Assembly (NCBI RefSeq): GCF_009914755.1 | Contig: NC_060937.1 | Length of the DNA: 64,000 nt | Direction: 5' to 3' (one strand) | Source of the DNA: the human T2T-CHM13v2.0 reference genome, Homo sapiens | Part shown: piece by piece, positions 61,851 through 64,000 of the stretch | Layout of the letters: each line of letters starts with the position of its first letter | Numbering within the stretch: position 1 is the first letter of the stretch | Notes under the pieces: model-generated | Told to the model about the DNA's origin: nothing | The model's input: the letters and a program-made list of their open reading frames with translations, nothing else | Database searches by the model: none | Program-made: the position numbers and the translations under genes

Positions 61851-63139
61851 CTTATTTCACTCTGGGTTCCTCAAGGGCAGGAGCCCAAACCTCGCTTACT
61901 TCCTGGGACATAGTACATCTCATTGAAGGTTTATTGAATTAATGAAGCCCCTGCTTATATTCCTTCTCCACTTCTGCCTCTCTTTTTAGCTGAGGTCACT
62001 TCATCCCTTTGAATGAATTTAAATAAACAGAGGTACTCAGCCTTGAATCAAACCTGCCTATCTCATACATTGTGTCTCAGCTTAAGGAACTGTGTGCTTT
62101 TAGCCTGCTTCTGACACAAAGTCTCAAAGTAATAACTCAGTTCTAATAAACAATCTTCACCTTTATTCCCCGGGTATAAAAATCTTTAAAATCTCACAGT
62201 GCAGGAAAAACATGTGATTCTACAAAGAACTTTTATCCCACAATAAAAGACCATTAAGTCAAATACCATGATCTATAATAATCTAACTTGGAAACTATGG
62301 TGATGAAGTTTCAAAATGTTAACTGCTAATTCCAAATGCCAAATGTGATCTCTGTTAAACTATACTTTCAATTAGAAAAAATAAAATTAGGATTTCAGTG
62401 TTAATCACAATTTTGACACTATGAGCCCTGAACATTTACCTACAAATTACTGAAAAGTAGAAGGAAAGAGGAAAGTGCAACTCAAGTTCGACATGAATTA
62501 GTAAAGACTCCATAACCTGTAGTAATATCTGAGGGTCTTTTTCTAATCTATTTTGTCCACAATGTCTCTGGCTCAATCGTTATCAGTGTTATTTCACTAT
62601 CTTCTTATAGAGAAATGTGATATATCAGGATGCATGAGAAAAAAGGCACTAACACTAAAAGTCTCACTTTATCAGAACCCGTTTCCCCACTCTCATTCTG
62701 CTGTGTGTTGCTACAATCCAGCTTTGGAGCATGAACTCTCACACTCCCACTGTATTCCTTCCATTGAAATTAAAGAAATGCAACTCATCAAACATTTGGC
62801 AGCTTCGTATCTAACGCTCACATTTCAGTGTCTCCTTTGATGTTGTAAGAGAAGCAGATGCTTCTACATGAGAAAGCAAGATAGGGAGCCATGTATTTTT
62901 ACTTTTACTTTAACTATCTCTCAATGTGATCACCTTACCTGGATTTTAGGATCTTTCTAAACTAGAAAGACTCTATTGTCACAACGTAATGTCTGAAATG
63001 AATGATTAAAGGAAGATACCCACATTATGTGAAGTGAATTAAATCTAAATCTTAAATCTCTATCATAAAATTATTCTGTAATGAATTAGGAGTTTCAATT
63101 AAAACATGCAAAGGAAATTTTTGTTCTATTTGAATTTAT

Positions 63140-63610
63140 TGGGACTATGATCTTCAGTTCCGAGCATTATATTTAAGAAGAAACTGATCCAATAGAAATA
63201 TAAGCAGAAGAAGATCACCAGGTTGGTCAAGAAATATGAAACCATATGAAATAGAGAAGTGTTGAAGTAACTGGGGAGGTTTACGTTGGAAAAAATGAAT
63301 ATTCAGGAGGGATGAGATGATTATGTTAAAGTGTCACTCAAAAAGGAGGATTATATTTATCTAATACTTAAACTTTACCCATTGGATTTAAAATAAACCC
63401 AATGGATAAAAATTCTAGGTAAAGAAACACTAAGTATAAAAAATATTATTTAAAGCTGACAAATTACATGTTGGATTTCTCTGAAAAAGGAAGGGTTGCC
63501 TTAGAAGGTAATTCCCTATTACTACAGAAGTTCAAAGAAGGTTTACAATAACCCAGTGGCCAGTTCTGTAAAATGGATTCCAACATTGGATGACTGAGAA
63601 GGCCAGATGG
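63140..63610 (+). mobile_element. L3/CR1 3' fragment
   Basis: tcagttccgagcattatatttaag...caccaggttggt...gttgaagtaactggggaggttta...gggttgccttagaaggta match the L3 ORF2 end. Confidence 0.7.
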
Positions 63611-64000
63611 CTACTGGGCTTATTTGCAACTAGTGACTTTATTGTTGCCTTTGTTCTGATTATAAAGACAGAGTTATTAGAAAAGTGAGAAGAAGCTTCC
63701 AAATACTGCATTTCAAGCATAGAAATAAATAAGTTACTATTACTACAATTAGAAAATGACATTCATTTTCCCATTCTCTTAAAGCAGATTATTTCAACTG
63801 ATTTTACAGTCATCTTAAAGGGTCAAAGGAAAATGTTAAGTAGACAAATTGTTAGGAATAAAATAGTACACAATTGTGTTTGACTTTATTTCCAGTTTTG
63901 TCAATTCTTTATGAAACTGAACTAAAAGAGGTCCTGGAAATGAGAATTTCATCCTGTGAGTTTTTATAGAGCAAGTTGAAAAAGCACATAGGAGGACAGT

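Noticed and set aside
62230-62430. Possible hAT transposon end (...ttttgacactatgagccctg)
   Set aside because: I could not identify a matching second TIR or a family.

Overview
This is AT-rich, CpG-depleted primate (very probably human) genomic DNA, either intergenic or deep intronic. I cannot identify the locus. I see no protein-coding gene, CpG island, tRNA/rRNA, CRISPR array or prokaryotic system. The ORF-track entries are either decayed L1 ORF1/ORF2 pieces, Alu or microsatellite translations, or chance short ORFs. More than half of the window is recognisable interspersed repeat: about 12 Alu/FLAM/FRAM copies, two near-full-length old L1s (6.6-13.0 kb minus, 26.0-31.8 kb plus), several truncated L1s, ERVL/MaLR elements (LTR16 with HERV16-like gag, LTR33, MLT2A, MSTB, THE1D, MLT1), DNA transposons (MER45, Charlie1, MER20, Tigger3), MIR/L2/L3 relics, a 5' U2 snRNA retrofragment, and microsatellites. 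I did not find a new biological system. The best observations are mechanistic or regulatory: an MLT2A LTR with an exact DUX4-type motif, a small inversion inside an ERVL gag with a palindromic breakpoint, a twin-primed L1, a multi-level nested insertion stack, an orphan poly(A) insertion, a U5-less poly(A)-ended THE1 LTR, recent tandem duplications and a few candidate small exons. Subfamily names come from recalled consensus sequences, and the boundaries of old repeats are approximate.
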